A stretch of 64,000 nt of DNA from NCBI GenBank assembly GCA_965219445.1, contig CBDCNQ010000004.1:288001-352000 (forward strand). The letters are read 5' to 3'. This document shows positions 40,016 to 49,860 of the stretch, in pieces; position 1 is the stretch's first letter; every line of letters begins with the position of its first letter. The stretch comes from Longimicrobiales bacterium (GTDB lineage Bacteria > Gemmatimonadota > Gemmatimonadetes > Longimicrobiales > Gaopeijiaceae). The position numbers and the translations under genes were made by a program. The notes beneath the pieces are model-generated. The model saw nothing but the letters and a program-made list of their open reading frames with translations, was not told the origin of the DNA and did no database searches.

Positions 40016-40089
40016 ACCGGCCTGGGATCGGCGAGCGTGGGGTCGAAAGCGGTCACAACATGGGGTCCGACGAAACGGAAGCGAACCGG

Positions 40090-40225
40090 TTACAGGGGAC
40101 AGCATCCATACACACCGTGGGCCGGGGCAGAGAGCCCAAGCCCCCACTCAAAGGCTATGCACCCCTGGAAGAGCCGAACGAAGCGATGGGCCACAGAGTC
40201 CCAGATAGAAGGATGGTTCCCGCTC
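40090..40225 (+). ncRNA. Putative bridge/seek RNA core (target and donor loops)
   Basis: TACACACC (40109-40116) and TCAAAGG (40148-40154) in an internal loop; TAGAAGG (40206-40212) matches the donor junction. Confidence 0.75.
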
Positions 40226-40501
40226 CAGAGCGGAGAACGCGACGGCTGTGAACGTCTTCCGGACTGCGATGCGGACCCTGCGAGCGCACCCCTCCCCACC
40301 CTGAGTCGTCGACCGGGCAATCCAAACCATGCGGACGCCGACGGTCAAAAAATGAGCCGACGGCGCGTGGGGAAGGTGCGTCTTGACCGCCAGCCCCATA
40401 GAAGGGTGTGTAAAAAAAGAGGCGACGTACCTTTCCGCTAGGTAGTAAGAAGTTAACCAGCGAATCCCGGGTGAGCGCCCGGGGGAAAGGAACGATGCCT
40501 C

Positions 40502-41746
40502 GTGAGGAAGAATATGGTGGGACCCGAGAGTGAGTCCAGCACGCCGACGTGGGAGTGCTTGGAAGCGCTGGTTCGTGAGAAGGCCCAGGAGATGGTCCAG
40601 CGGATTCTGGAGGAGGAAGTGACGGAGTTGCTCGGCCGGGAGAAGTCGGAGCGGAAGACGGTCGTAGACCCGGCGCCAGGCTACCGCAACGGCTACGGCA
40701 AGGCTCGGCGGCTGGCGATGAGCTCGGGCACGATCATGCTCCGACGGCCCCGGGTTCGAGGCATTGAGGAGCGGTTCGAGAGTCGGGTGTTGCCGTTGTT
40801 CGCACGACGGACGAAGGAGGTGGGTGCTCTGCTTCCGGAGCTGTATCTGCACGGGCTGGCGGAGGGAGACTTCGAGCTGGCGATGCGGGGCCTGCTGGGC
40901 GAGGGGGCCCCGTTGTCGAAGTCTTCGATTTGGCGGCTGCGGGCGGGATGGACAAGGAAATTCGAGGAATGGTCGAAGCGCTCGCTGGCCGACCGTGAGG
41001 TCGTCTACGTCTGGGCGGACGGGATCTACGTGAAGGCGGGGCTCGAGCGGGACAAGGCAGCGCTGCTGGTGGTTCTCGGTGCGATGCGAGATGGTACGAA
41101 GGAGGTGTTGGCCCTGAGATCGGGCTACCGAGAGTCGGTCGAGTCCTGGTCCGAGGTGTTGCGGGATCTGAAGGCACGCGGCATCGAGGCGCCCCGGCTT
41201 TTGATGGCGGACGGCAACGCGGCGATCTGGGGCGCAGTACGGCAGGTATGGCCTGAGGCGGGCGAGCAACGGTGCTGGAACCACAAGATGAGGAACGTGC
41301 TGGACCGGCTGCCTCAGCGGGAGCAGAGCGAGGCGAAGGACCTTCTCAGGACCGTGGTCTACGCACCGAGGCGGTCCGAGGCGCTGAAGGCCCGTGAGGC
41401 GTTCGCCAGGCGCTACAGACCGTGGTATCCGAAGGCGGTGGATGTACTCGAGGACGACTGGGAGCGGATGGTGGCGTTCTACGACTTCCCCGAGGACCAC
41501 TGGAAGCATCTACGCACGACGAACGTGGTCGAGAGCCCCTTTGCCGCAGTACGGCTCAGGACAACGGCGGCGAAGCGCTTCAAGCGGGTCGAGAGCGCTA
41601 CGGCGCTGATCTGGAAGCTGCTCTTGGTGGCGGAGAAGCGCTTCAGAAGGCTCGACGCTCCTCACCTCCTCAAGGACGTATTTGAAGGAAGAAAGTTCGA
41701 AGACGGAAAGCCCGTCTCAACCCAACAGCGGAAAAACGCCGCCTGA
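40502..41746 (+). CDS. IS256-family (mutator) transposase
   Basis: YRNGY, VWADGIY, QRCWNHK, LRTTNVVES. Confidence 0.95.
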   Translation: MRKNMVGPESESSTPTWECLEALVREKAQEMVQRILEEEVTELLGREKSERKTVVDPAPGYRNGYGKARRLAMSSGTIMLRRPRVRGIEERFESRVLPLFARRTKEVGALLPELYLHGLAEGDFELAMRGLLGEGAPLSKSSIWRLRAGWTRKFEEWSKRSLADREVVYVWADGIYVKAGLERDKAALLVVLGAMRDGTKEVLALRSGYRESVESWSEVLRDLKARGIEAPRLLMADGNAAIWGAVRQVWPEAGEQRCWNHKMRNVLDRLPQREQSEAKDLLRTVVYAPRRSEALKAREAFARRYRPWYPKAVDVLEDDWERMVAFYDFPEDHWKHLRTTNVVESPFAAVRLRTTAAKRFKRVESATALIWKLLLVAEKRFRRLDAPHLLKDVFEGRKFEDGKPVSTQQRKNAA

Positions 41747-41775
41747 AACATTTACACACCTATTGACCCAACCTC

Positions 41776-42970
41776 CTCGGGTAACGCCCATATCCTGAGC
41801 AACAACCATGTGATGGCGAACTCCAACAACGCCAGCATTGGGGACAACATCCTGCAACCCGGGCCGTTCGACGGAGGCTCCGCCCCGGCGGACATCATCG
41901 GCACCCTCTCTGCGTTTGAGGAGATCAGGTTCGACGGCAGCAACAACGTCATAGACGCCGCGATCGCGAGCGTCGCCCCGGGCGATGTGATGTCCCATAC
42001 CGGGAATGAGGGATATGGCCAGCCGAGCGCCACAACGGTGGCGGCTACAACCGGCATGTCGGTGACGAAGTACGGCCGCACGACCGAGGCAACCGTCGGC
42101 ACCGTGGATGCAACCAACGCCACGGTCGATGTCTGTTACCAGACGCAAGGCCCATTTCGTTGTAAAAAACTCGCCCGCTATGTGGGCCAGGTCGTCATCA
42201 CCCCCGGCACATTTAGCGACGGAGGGGATTCCGGATCGGGGATCGTGACAAATGACAACAACCTAAACCCGGTGGCACTCCTCTTCGCGGGAAGCTCATC
42301 GTATACGATCGCCAATCCGATCGACGCGGTGTTGAGCGCGTTCAACGTTACGATCGACGACGGCAGTGGCAGTACGGGCGGCAGCGGTGGGGGCAACAGC
42401 TCCCCGACAGCGTCGTTTACGTCCAGTTGCTCGAACCTCACTTGCAGCTTCGACGGATCGGGCTCCTCCGACGACGGTTCGATTGCGAGCTGGGACTGGG
42501 ACTTCGGCGACGGGAGCCCGGCGGAGTCCGGCCCGACGCCCCAACACACTTACAGCGGGAACGGCACGTACAACGTGACGCTGACTGTCACAGACGATGA
42601 AGGTGCAACCGACACGGAGAGCCAGAATGTCTCGGTCACGCAGCCGGCTACGGGTCAGCACGTCGGCGATCTCGACGGTAGCGGCCAAAACAACGGCTCT
42701 ACCTGGACGGCCGTTGTCACGATCACCGTCCACGATGCCAACCACTCGCCGGTCGCGGGGTTCTCGGTGACCGGCTTATGGTCGGGGCCCGTTGCCGGAT
42801 CCGGGGACTGCATCACAGGCCCGAATGGTCAATGCACGGTGAGTCGCGGGGGTATACGGAAGCGGGACGGAAGCGTGCAATATGACGTGACGAATGGATC
42901 GGCGACGGACGACAACCACGACCCGGATGGTGATAGCGACGGGACCACGATTACGGTGACTAAACCGTAG
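41776..42970 (+). pseudogene. Trypsin-like serine protease with PKD domain, 5'-truncated by IS256
   Basis: LSNNHV, IDAAI, GGDSGS triad motifs; WDWDFGDG PKD. Confidence 0.85.
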
Positions 42971-43009
42971 TCCCAGCAGCCGCATGGTCCCGAACGGCGC
43001 ACTGCGAGC

Positions 43010-43399
43010 GTGGACGTTCTTGGTGAGCGCCTGCTCAGTCCTAAGTGCGACGGCCGCAGAGGACAGATCATAAGGGATCCAGCTCTTCTCTCGCTCGTGA
43101 CGATGATCGCACTCTCGTCCTGTACGGGAACGGGAGAAAGAAGCGATAACGCGCCTCTGGAGACGACTGTTGTGCGATCCATCGAAGAAGTTCAGGAGGC
43201 GTTCACTCCAGAGTGGATGGACCTTCCCGGCGTAGTGGGGACGGGTATCGGCCTCTGTGAAGATCAACCATGTATCAAGATCTTCGTTGCCGGGCCGATT
43301 CAACAGCTGGAAGACCGGATTCCGAACGAGATCGACGGTCATCGCGTTGTCCTGGAGGAAACCGGGCGGTTCCAGGCCCGCGACACCGTCGACTCCTGA
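43010..43399 (+). CDS. Small lipoprotein resembling a protease pro-domain
   Basis: LSSC lipobox; LPGVVGTGIG...IPNEIDG..V..ETGRFQA. Confidence 0.6.
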   Translation: MDVLGERLLSPKCDGRRGQIIRDPALLSLVTMIALSSCTGTGERSDNAPLETTVVRSIEEVQEAFTPEWMDLPGVVGTGIGLCEDQPCIKIFVAGPIQQLEDRIPNEIDGHRVVLEETGRFQARDTVDS

Positions 43400-43476
43400 G
43401 CAGCCTCACGCGTCACGGTGCTGGCCAATGCACCGGGAACGCCACGAAAAACACGGGCCGACCCCCTCCCCCAAGA

Positions 43477-44707
43477 TCAGAAGAAATACGACAGCGAAAC
43501 GTACCCCACCGGCGGCCGGCCACCGAACTCCGACCCGATCCCGGTAATGGGATCGAGGGTATCGTCTCCGAATCCGAGGAAGAAGCCACCCCGAAGGCTC
43601 GAATTGGCTCCCACCGACCAACTCCCACCGCCCGACACAAGGCCGCTCCCGTCCGCCAAGCTCATGATGGTCAGCAGGTCGATGCCCCACAGTGGACGGA
43701 TTTGGTAGGACGCCTGGACGGCAAGCGCGTCCCGGCCGAGAACCTGAAGCTCTCCCCGCTGGAACGGATCCGACGCAAGAACGTCGAAGAGATCTTCCGA
43801 GCTCGCAGCCCCGAATCCGTCGTGCTGATACTCGGCAATCAGGTAGAGATCTCGTCCCTGGACGGAGACCCGCCGGTCGACGCCGACGGTGCTTCGCACC
43901 ATCACGTCGTCGGCCTCCGATCGGACCGCGACCTCGCTGCGCACGGCCCACGGTCCGAGCGCCCCGACGAAGCTCAGGGCGCCGGCCGGCTCGTCGAATA
44001 TGACTCCTCCCCAGGCGGCGAAGTCCCAACCGAGCCAGTTGGTCTTCCCGCGGGCGAGTGCCGTGATCTGATCGCTCTCGGTCGTAGAGACGGGCCGCAC
44101 CACGATGTCGATCTCACTGAACGGACCGGGATAGGCCCGGAACCGGAGGGCATCGACGCCGGCACGGTACTCCCGGAACGGATCCGCGGGATCGAACGGC
44201 GTGAAGGGGTCGGCAGGCGTGAGGATGATCGTGCTCGCCCATGAAATGACCTGCCGGCCCACGGACAATTCGGTCACCCCACCCAGGGGAACGGTCAGGC
44301 CGAGACGGTCGAAGCGATGCCGCCAGGCAAAGTGGTCCCCCTCGTCTACCGTCCAATACCAGGGTCAACCAATTCCCGCCGGCTTCGGGTACGAGGATCC
44401 CCTCAGCCGTGCCCAGTACGTCGGTGCTGTTCAAGAGCAGCGTGTGCTCATAGGCCACGTCTAGGGCCAGCGGGCCCACGTCCGGTTCCCCCATGAGGCG
44501 GAGGCGCTGAAAGTCCGAGGCGCCCGCATCGCTTACGGGGCTGCTGCCCGCTCCACCCGCCAGATTGAAATAATACGCCGAAACATCCAGGAACTGCGCC
44601 CGCAGGTCTGCGGCAACGAGCGCGACGCTGATCACCGAAGCGACGAGCGCCCACAGGGTCGTCCCACTCCCGGCGCCTGATGGTGAAGTGATTCGGCCGA
44701 TCCTCAA
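43477..44707 (-). CDS. Outer-membrane beta-barrel protein (frameshift near 44360)
   Basis: Two ORFs join (RHRFDRL...GRQVISW); ends in YFF. Confidence 0.7.
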
Positions 44708-44737
44708 CGGCGTGCTCTCAAGGACTCCAGCGCATCG

Positions 44738-45535
44738 TCATTCCCTCTCGTCCGATGCAATCCGCCCGTCCACGAGCCTTACCCGACGGCGGGCTCGCTC
44801 CATGACTCGGGGATCGTGAGTCGAGAACAGGAAGGTCGTGCCGTGCTCGCGGTTCAAGCGCTCCATGACATCCAGGAGGGCGTCGCTCGTGCGCGAATCC
44901 AGGTTGGCCGTGGGCTCGTCGGCGAGGACGAGCGTAGGTTGGCCAACGACGGCTCGTGCGACCGCCACCCGTTGTTGTTGGCCTCCCGAGAGCCGGGCCG
45001 GCTTACGATCCGCCAGCCCCTCGAGCCCGATCTCGTCGAAGAGCGCATGCACCCGTCGATGACGCTCCTCGGCCGGCACGCCCCGGAGGAGGAGTGAGAA
45101 CTCGGCGTTCTCGAGTGCCGAGAGCACGGGCAGAAGATTGAAGGCCTGAAAGACGAAGCCGATGCTCTCGAGGCGGAGGCGAGCCAGCTCCTTGTTGGAG
45201 AGCGTCGTAATCTCCAGATCCCCCACCCAAATGCGTCCGCGGGTGGGGCGGGTCAGCCCTCCCAGCATATTGAGGAGCGTGGTCTTCCCGGAGCCCGACG
45301 GTCCCGCCATGGTCATGAAGTCTCCCTCACGAACCTCCAGAGACACCCCGCGGACCGCCTCCACGTCCTCCGGCTCCTGCGGGTAAATCTTCCAAACGTC
45401 TTCGGTCCTGAGGGCGATGTCGGCTGTCGCCACCGGATCGTTGGCAAGGCCCACGGCCGGCTCCTCGGCCGGGTCCTCGACCGGGTCCTCGACCGGGTCC
45501 TCGAACGGATTCTCCTGCGGGGTCTCGCTCGTCAT
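44738..45535 (-). CDS. ABC ATP-binding protein (LolD/MacB-like)
   Basis: [27 protein letters not shown]; 12-bp tandem repeat (EDPV) at N-terminus. Confidence 0.92.
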   Translation of the reverse strand: MTSETPQENPFEDPVEDPVEDPAEEPAVGLANDPVATADIALRTEDVWKIYPQEPEDVEAVRGVSLEVREGDFMTMAGPSGSGKTTLLNMLGGLTRPTRGRIWVGDLEITTLSNKELARLRLESIGFVFQAFNLLPVLSALENAEFSLLLRGVPAEERHRRVHALFDEIGLEGLADRKPARLSGGQQQRVAVARAVVGQPTLVLADEPTANLDSRTSDALLDVMERLNREHGTTFLFSTHDPRVMERARRRVRLVDGRIASDERE

Positions 45536-46809
45536 TCGAATTTCAGTGCCTCTCCGACATCGATCCTCGTCGCGTGATAGGCGGGATAAATCGACGCCGC
45601 GATCCCCACGAGGGCGATGGACACGAAACTCTGAAACAGCTGCATCATGCGAAACTCCGGAACGATGACGGGATCCATGACGATGCCCGAGAAGGTGAAC
45701 TCCTCGTCCATGAAGAACGAGAAGTCCAGCCCGTCGTGGAAGAAGCCCCAGGTCACCGCCACCCCGACAATGATGCCGACGACACCCGCGAGCGCCGTGA
45801 GCAACAGCCCCTCGACGAAAACGACGAGCCCCGTCTCCGCCGGGGTGAGGCCCAGAGCCTGGAGCACGCCGAACTCCCGCTTCCGGTAGAGTACGGCCAT
45901 GAGTACCGTATTGAGCACGGCCAGAGCGACGATGGCAAACAGAATGCCGTGAAAGACATAATCGGCATAGTCATCGATGCGTACCGCAGCATCGAGCTCC
46001 GGATAGGCCTCCTGCCAGCTCAACACCCGGACGTCGTCATCCCCGAGACCCGAGCGGACGGCGATATCCGAGCGGACGGCGCTCACCACCTGAGGTACCA
46101 TCTTACTCCGCGGCAGGATGGCGCCCACCGTGGTCGCCGCACCCCCCGCCCCGAGCCAGGACCGGGCGGTAGAGATGGGAATGTGGACCAAGCTCTCGTC
46201 CACTTCCGGCAGTCCCGTACGAAAGACCCCAACTACCCGGACCAGCTGCCCCTCGATTTCGCCGTCGGTCGACTGGGCCGTCAGTACGAAGCGGGACCCG
46301 AGCGACAGGCCCAGACGTTCGACCAGTCCCGTTCCCACGTAGGCGGCCAGGCGGTCATCGAGCTCCAGGTATCGGCCCTCCATGACTGTTTCCGCGGCGT
46401 GGGAGAAGCCGGCTTCCGCCTCGGGGTCCACTCCGTCGATCATGACGGGAAGAGCAGACGATGCTGAACTGGCGAGCCCGCTCGTGGAGAGACGGACGGT
46501 TGTGGCCAACGGCGCGAGTTGCTCATCCAGCGCGGCCAAAGCCGCCAGGGCAGCGCTGGCCTCGCTGCCGGAAAGTCGGTCATCCAGGCTCCTACTCTCC
46601 CGGAAGCCCGGAGCCTGGAACAGGACATGTCCCGAGCCCATCCGAACACCCGTGTTGATCCAGTCCTCGTGGCCCCCATCGGCAAGCGAACGGGAGAACA
46701 TGAGAAGGGCCAGGCCGAGCGCCATGGCCGAGGCGGTGAGCAGGCTCCTCCTCGCTTCCCGCAGGACGCCGCGGCTGGCGAGCCGCAAGAGCGTGGGAGT
46801 ACGTCTCAC
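45532..46809 (-). CDS. ABC permease (LolC/E, FtsX-like)
   Basis: LNTVLMAV..RKREFGVLQALG. Confidence 0.9.
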   Translation of the reverse strand: MRRTPTLLRLASRGVLREARRSLLTASAMALGLALLMFSRSLADGGHEDWINTGVRMGSGHVLFQAPGFRESRSLDDRLSGSEASAALAALAALDEQLAPLATTVRLSTSGLASSASSALPVMIDGVDPEAEAGFSHAAETVMEGRYLELDDRLAAYVGTGLVERLGLSLGSRFVLTAQSTDGEIEGQLVRVVGVFRTGLPEVDESLVHIPISTARSWLGAGGAATTVGAILPRSKMVPQVVSAVRSDIAVRSGLGDDDVRVLSWQEAYPELDAAVRIDDYADYVFHGILFAIVALAVLNTVLMAVLYRKREFGVLQALGLTPAETGLVVFVEGLLLTALAGVVGIIVGVAVTWGFFHDGLDFSFFMDEEFTFSGIVMDPVIVPEFRMMQLFQSFVSIALVGIAASIYPAYHATRIDVGEALKFE

Positions 46810-48077
46810 AGGCCAGCGAGGGCATCGGCGGGCGGTATGCTCACCGCTCGGTACGCCGGATAGAGGGCCGACAAGACCGAGGTGATGAGAAGACCGGCCG
46901 CACTCGCCAAGGGACCATTCAACGAATAATCGGCGCGAAGCACCGGCCGGACGATGGACCCGGCCATGGTGAAGTCGCCGAACAGGTTGGAGAGGTCGGG
47001 CGGATAGTTGTGGAGCCAGTACAGCACGGGCACGGACAGCGCGGCCCCAGCGGCGAGGGCCAAGATCCCCAGGATCATCCCTTCGAAGACCACCGTGCGA
47101 GCTACGCTCGATGGATTCGTGCCCAGGGCAAGCACGACGGCGAACTCCCGGCGACGCTCGAACGTCCCCAGAAGTATGGTGTTCGCGACCCCGAAGACCG
47201 CCATGATGAAGACGATGCCGACGACGATTCCGTTGGCCGCCCCGGCGAGGTCCGCGTATGCGGCGAGCTCAGCGCGAAAGACGGTCCAGGGCCGCGGAGA
47301 CACCGGATAGTCGAGTCCACGGACGTCGATTGCGGCGGCGAGTGAATCCCCCAGAGCCGGTGCGCTCCACGCATCCTCCACGGCGGCAGCCACTTCGTGG
47401 ACCCGGTTTTCCGGCAGGGCGAGAAGCTCCTGGAAGGACCGGATGGGAAGGATCCCGAGCGATCTGTCGAGCGCGCTCATGCCCGTCTCGAACACACCGC
47501 TCACCCGGTAGAGGTCATTGCCGAGCGAGCCATCCGCCGCGGGAGTCACCAGGACGACCTCTGCTCCGACCCCGACATCGAGAAGGTCGGCCATATCCCT
47601 CCCGATGAAGATCTCCCGTTCACCCGCTCGCGGAGCGCGGCCCTCGGCCGGAGTCGCGAGGAGCCGCGTCACCTCCCCCTCCCGATCGGGATCCACGCCC
47701 ACCAGCATGCCGGCCACGGTCTCGGTACCCGAGCTCACCAACCCCCCTCCGTAGACCCGGGGCGAGGCAGCCACGACACCGGGAGTCTCCCGGGTGAGGC
47801 GAACCAGCTCGTCCACGTCGATGCCTTCTCGACCACCGAGCGTGGCGTACATGCTCCGCTCGGGATAATAGTCGGGAGCGTGAAGCTGCAGCTGACCCGA
47901 AACCAGATTGGTTCCAGTCTCGATCATCTCCCCGATCATGCCGTGCCAGATCCCGATCATGGTCACGGAGGCCAGGTAACCGAATGCGAGGGCGGAGGCG
48001 GTGATCAGCGTGCGCTTTCGGTTACGCCAAAGGTTGCGCCACGCCAGGCGCCACCAGATCCTCCGATCGTCGATCAT
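46806..48077 (-). CDS. ABC permease (LolC/E, FtsX-like)
   Basis: LAWRNLWRN.KRT, ERRREFAV..ALG. Confidence 0.9.
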   Translation of the reverse strand: MIDDRRIWWRLAWRNLWRNRKRTLITASALAFGYLASVTMIGIWHGMIGEMIETGTNLVSGQLQLHAPDYYPERSMYATLGGREGIDVDELVRLTRETPGVVAASPRVYGGGLVSSGTETVAGMLVGVDPDREGEVTRLLATPAEGRAPRAGEREIFIGRDMADLLDVGVGAEVVLVTPAADGSLGNDLYRVSGVFETGMSALDRSLGILPIRSFQELLALPENRVHEVAAAVEDAWSAPALGDSLAAAIDVRGLDYPVSPRPWTVFRAELAAYADLAGAANGIVVGIVFIMAVFGVANTILLGTFERRREFAVVLALGTNPSSVARTVVFEGMILGILALAAGAALSVPVLYWLHNYPPDLSNLFGDFTMAGSIVRPVLRADYSLNGPLASAAGLLITSVLSALYPAYRAVSIPPADALAGL

Positions 48078-48872
48078 CTACCTCTCGCGGCGGAGGTTCC
48101 GAAGCGAGAAGAAATCCTCGTCGAGGCCCGTGTCGAACTCGAGCTCGTGGTAGCGCACGACGGTGGTCTCGTCCGGCTTGTCGGCCGGCTCAACCGTCAT
48201 GACCGTGGGGACCAGCCGCGAGTCCATCACGCGATTTTCGCTGAACGTCATCGTCCGAACGAGCTCGTCGGACTCGTCGTAGTATCGAGCCCATGTCGGC
48301 AATAGATCTTCTTTCATCACCTGGTAGCGGATCTTACCCCAGACGACCGGAGCCTCAGGGAGAGGCACGAGCACGAATTCCCATACGTCGAGCCCGTCAC
48401 GGGGACCCTCGTATTCGATTTCGATCTCGTAGTCGTCGACGAGCCGGCTCTCCTTCACGAGATCGTCATTGGTGAAGTGCGAACCCATCCACGAGCCCAT
48501 CATCATGGAAGACGGCACCTTGATGGTGCGGTCCACACGAGGGAGGTAGTTCCAAACTTCCTGTCCGGCCCTGAGGGTGGCCATTCCGGCCTCTTTCTGC
48601 GGCGTCTCGACCCGGATGAGGGCGTGTTCGGTGCCGAGCGACCAGGCCCGCAGCGTCAGGGAGCGGTCCCAGTTTTCCGTCCGAATGTCCATCGTGAACC
48701 GGGCGAGACTCGACTCTCCCCTCATGAGCCGGTCCACACGGTCGACAATCTCTCGAGCGCTCTGGGCATGCGCGGGGAAAGGCGCAAACGAGCCTCCCAG
48801 GAGGCCCAGCGAGATGGTGAGGATCGCGCGCCTGCCGGGCGTCACTGTGGCCCTGCGAAGGTGTAGCACCAC
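48078..48872 (-). CDS. Outer-membrane lipoprotein-sorting (LolA-like) protein
   Basis: WNYLP, SWMGSHFTNDD, FFSLRNL. Confidence 0.85.
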   Translation of the reverse strand: MVLHLRRATVTPGRRAILTISLGLLGGSFAPFPAHAQSAREIVDRVDRLMRGESSLARFTMDIRTENWDRSLTLRAWSLGTEHALIRVETPQKEAGMATLRAGQEVWNYLPRVDRTIKVPSSMMMGSWMGSHFTNDDLVKESRLVDDYEIEIEYEGPRDGLDVWEFVLVPLPEAPVVWGKIRYQVMKEDLLPTWARYYDESDELVRTMTFSENRVMDSRLVPTVMTVEPADKPDETTVVRYHELEFDTGLDEDFFSLRNLRRER

Positions 48873-49249
48873 GCCTCTCCCTCCAGCACGGTCTCCCCAT
48901 CCTGACGTCGCACGGTGATCCCCAACTGCGTGACCGGCTTCGTGTCGTGCGCGCTCAAGACCTCCGCCTCAGCGGTAATCGTGTCATCGAGGTAGACCGG
49001 CGCCGTGAACTTCCAGTCTTGGCTCATGAAGACCGTACCCGGTCCGGGCAGGTCCGTGGCCACCAGCGCGTGCAGGAGACCGGTTGTGAGCCCGCCCTGG
49101 ACGACGAGCCGGCCAAATGGCGTGGCAGCGCAGAAATCCTCGTCGAAATGAAGTGGGTTGCGGTCGCCGCTGAGTTCCGCGAATCGCTCGACGTGTTCAG
49201 CGGTGAGTGTCAGGCTACGGGTTGCCCGGTCTCCAACACTGATGTCCAT
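48842..49249 (-). CDS. MaoC-family dehydratase
   Basis: FAELSGDRNPLH.D, LPGPG, F.APV. Confidence 0.9.
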   Translation of the reverse strand: MDISVGDRATRSLTLTAEHVERFAELSGDRNPLHFDEDFCAATPFGRLVVQGGLTTGLLHALVATDLPGPGTVFMSQDWKFTAPVYLDDTITAEAEVLSAHDTKPVTQLGITVRRQDGETVLEGEAWCYTFAGPQ

Positions 49250-49344
49250 GAATGCACCTCGGTCGGTAAGCACCTGGTCCAGCATGTCCCCGTGTCGAGG
49301 AACCTAGTCCACGGGACCACTCGAGGGGAACAACCCGCCCTACC

Positions 49345-49758
49345 TCACGCGATATCCTCGAAGCCCTGGGTGTCAAGGTCGCACTGTGACCAGGCCTCGT
49401 CCTTGTGATCGATGTCGCCGCGTAGGAGCTCGTGGAGCATCTCGTGACTCACGACGAAGACGTTCTCCTTGGCGGTGTTCACGACCGTGATGTCGTGCGG
49501 AGGCTCCCAGAGTCCGAGCACGATCTCGCCCTGGAAGACAATGCCCTCCGCTTCGTGCCAGTGCACGAGATCGAAGTCGCCCGACCTGGACGAGCACCCC
49601 TCCACGGTTTCCCACAAGCTCCGGTATTGTGCGGGAGGCTCGAAGCGCTGGCGCTGCGTGAACGCGAGGATCACACTTTCGGTCGGGACCGAGCACGCCG
49701 GCAGCGCCAGCGTTGCGGCGGCTGCCACGATCAGCTCGATTCGTGTATTGGTGTTCAT
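49345..49758 (-). CDS. Small lipoprotein with HEXXH motif
   Basis: LPAC lipobox; SHEMLHE. Confidence 0.6.
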   Translation of the reverse strand: MNTNTRIELIVAAAATLALPACSVPTESVILAFTQRQRFEPPAQYRSLWETVEGCSSRSGDFDLVHWHEAEGIVFQGEIVLGLWEPPHDITVVNTAKENVFVVSHEMLHELLRGDIDHKDEAWSQCDLDTQGFEDIA

Positions 49759-49860
49759 GGGGAATGCGGCGACTCGTATGAATGCGACTGTGCCAATTTA
49801 GCAGGTCCGTCCGTTCGTGTTTGCACATAGGAGAGGCACAGCCACATCGAGAAGGCACAG

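Larger units (their letters stand above)
38810..40405 (+). mobile_element. IS110/IS1111-family element, both ends present
   Basis: Sub-terminal IRs ATAGGGGCATGGCG / CGCCAGCCCCAT; GG core at both junctions; predicted circle-junction promoter TTGACC-17-CATCAT. Confidence 0.9.
38794..41775 (+). mobile_element. IS256-family element, left IR interrupted by IS110
   Basis: Rejoined left end GAGCTAGGATCAAAGGGTGTGTAAA vs revcomp right end GAGGTTGGGTCAATAGGTGTGTAAA. Confidence 0.85.

Noticed and set aside
38895..40208. 437-aa IS110 transposase with C-terminal extension
   Set aside because: The extension arises from a 1-bp shift near 39990 and overlaps the predicted non-coding RNA
40148..41509. Long antisense ORFs here and elsewhere (e.g. 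52899..54152)
   Set aside because: Shadow ORFs of GC-rich coding strands
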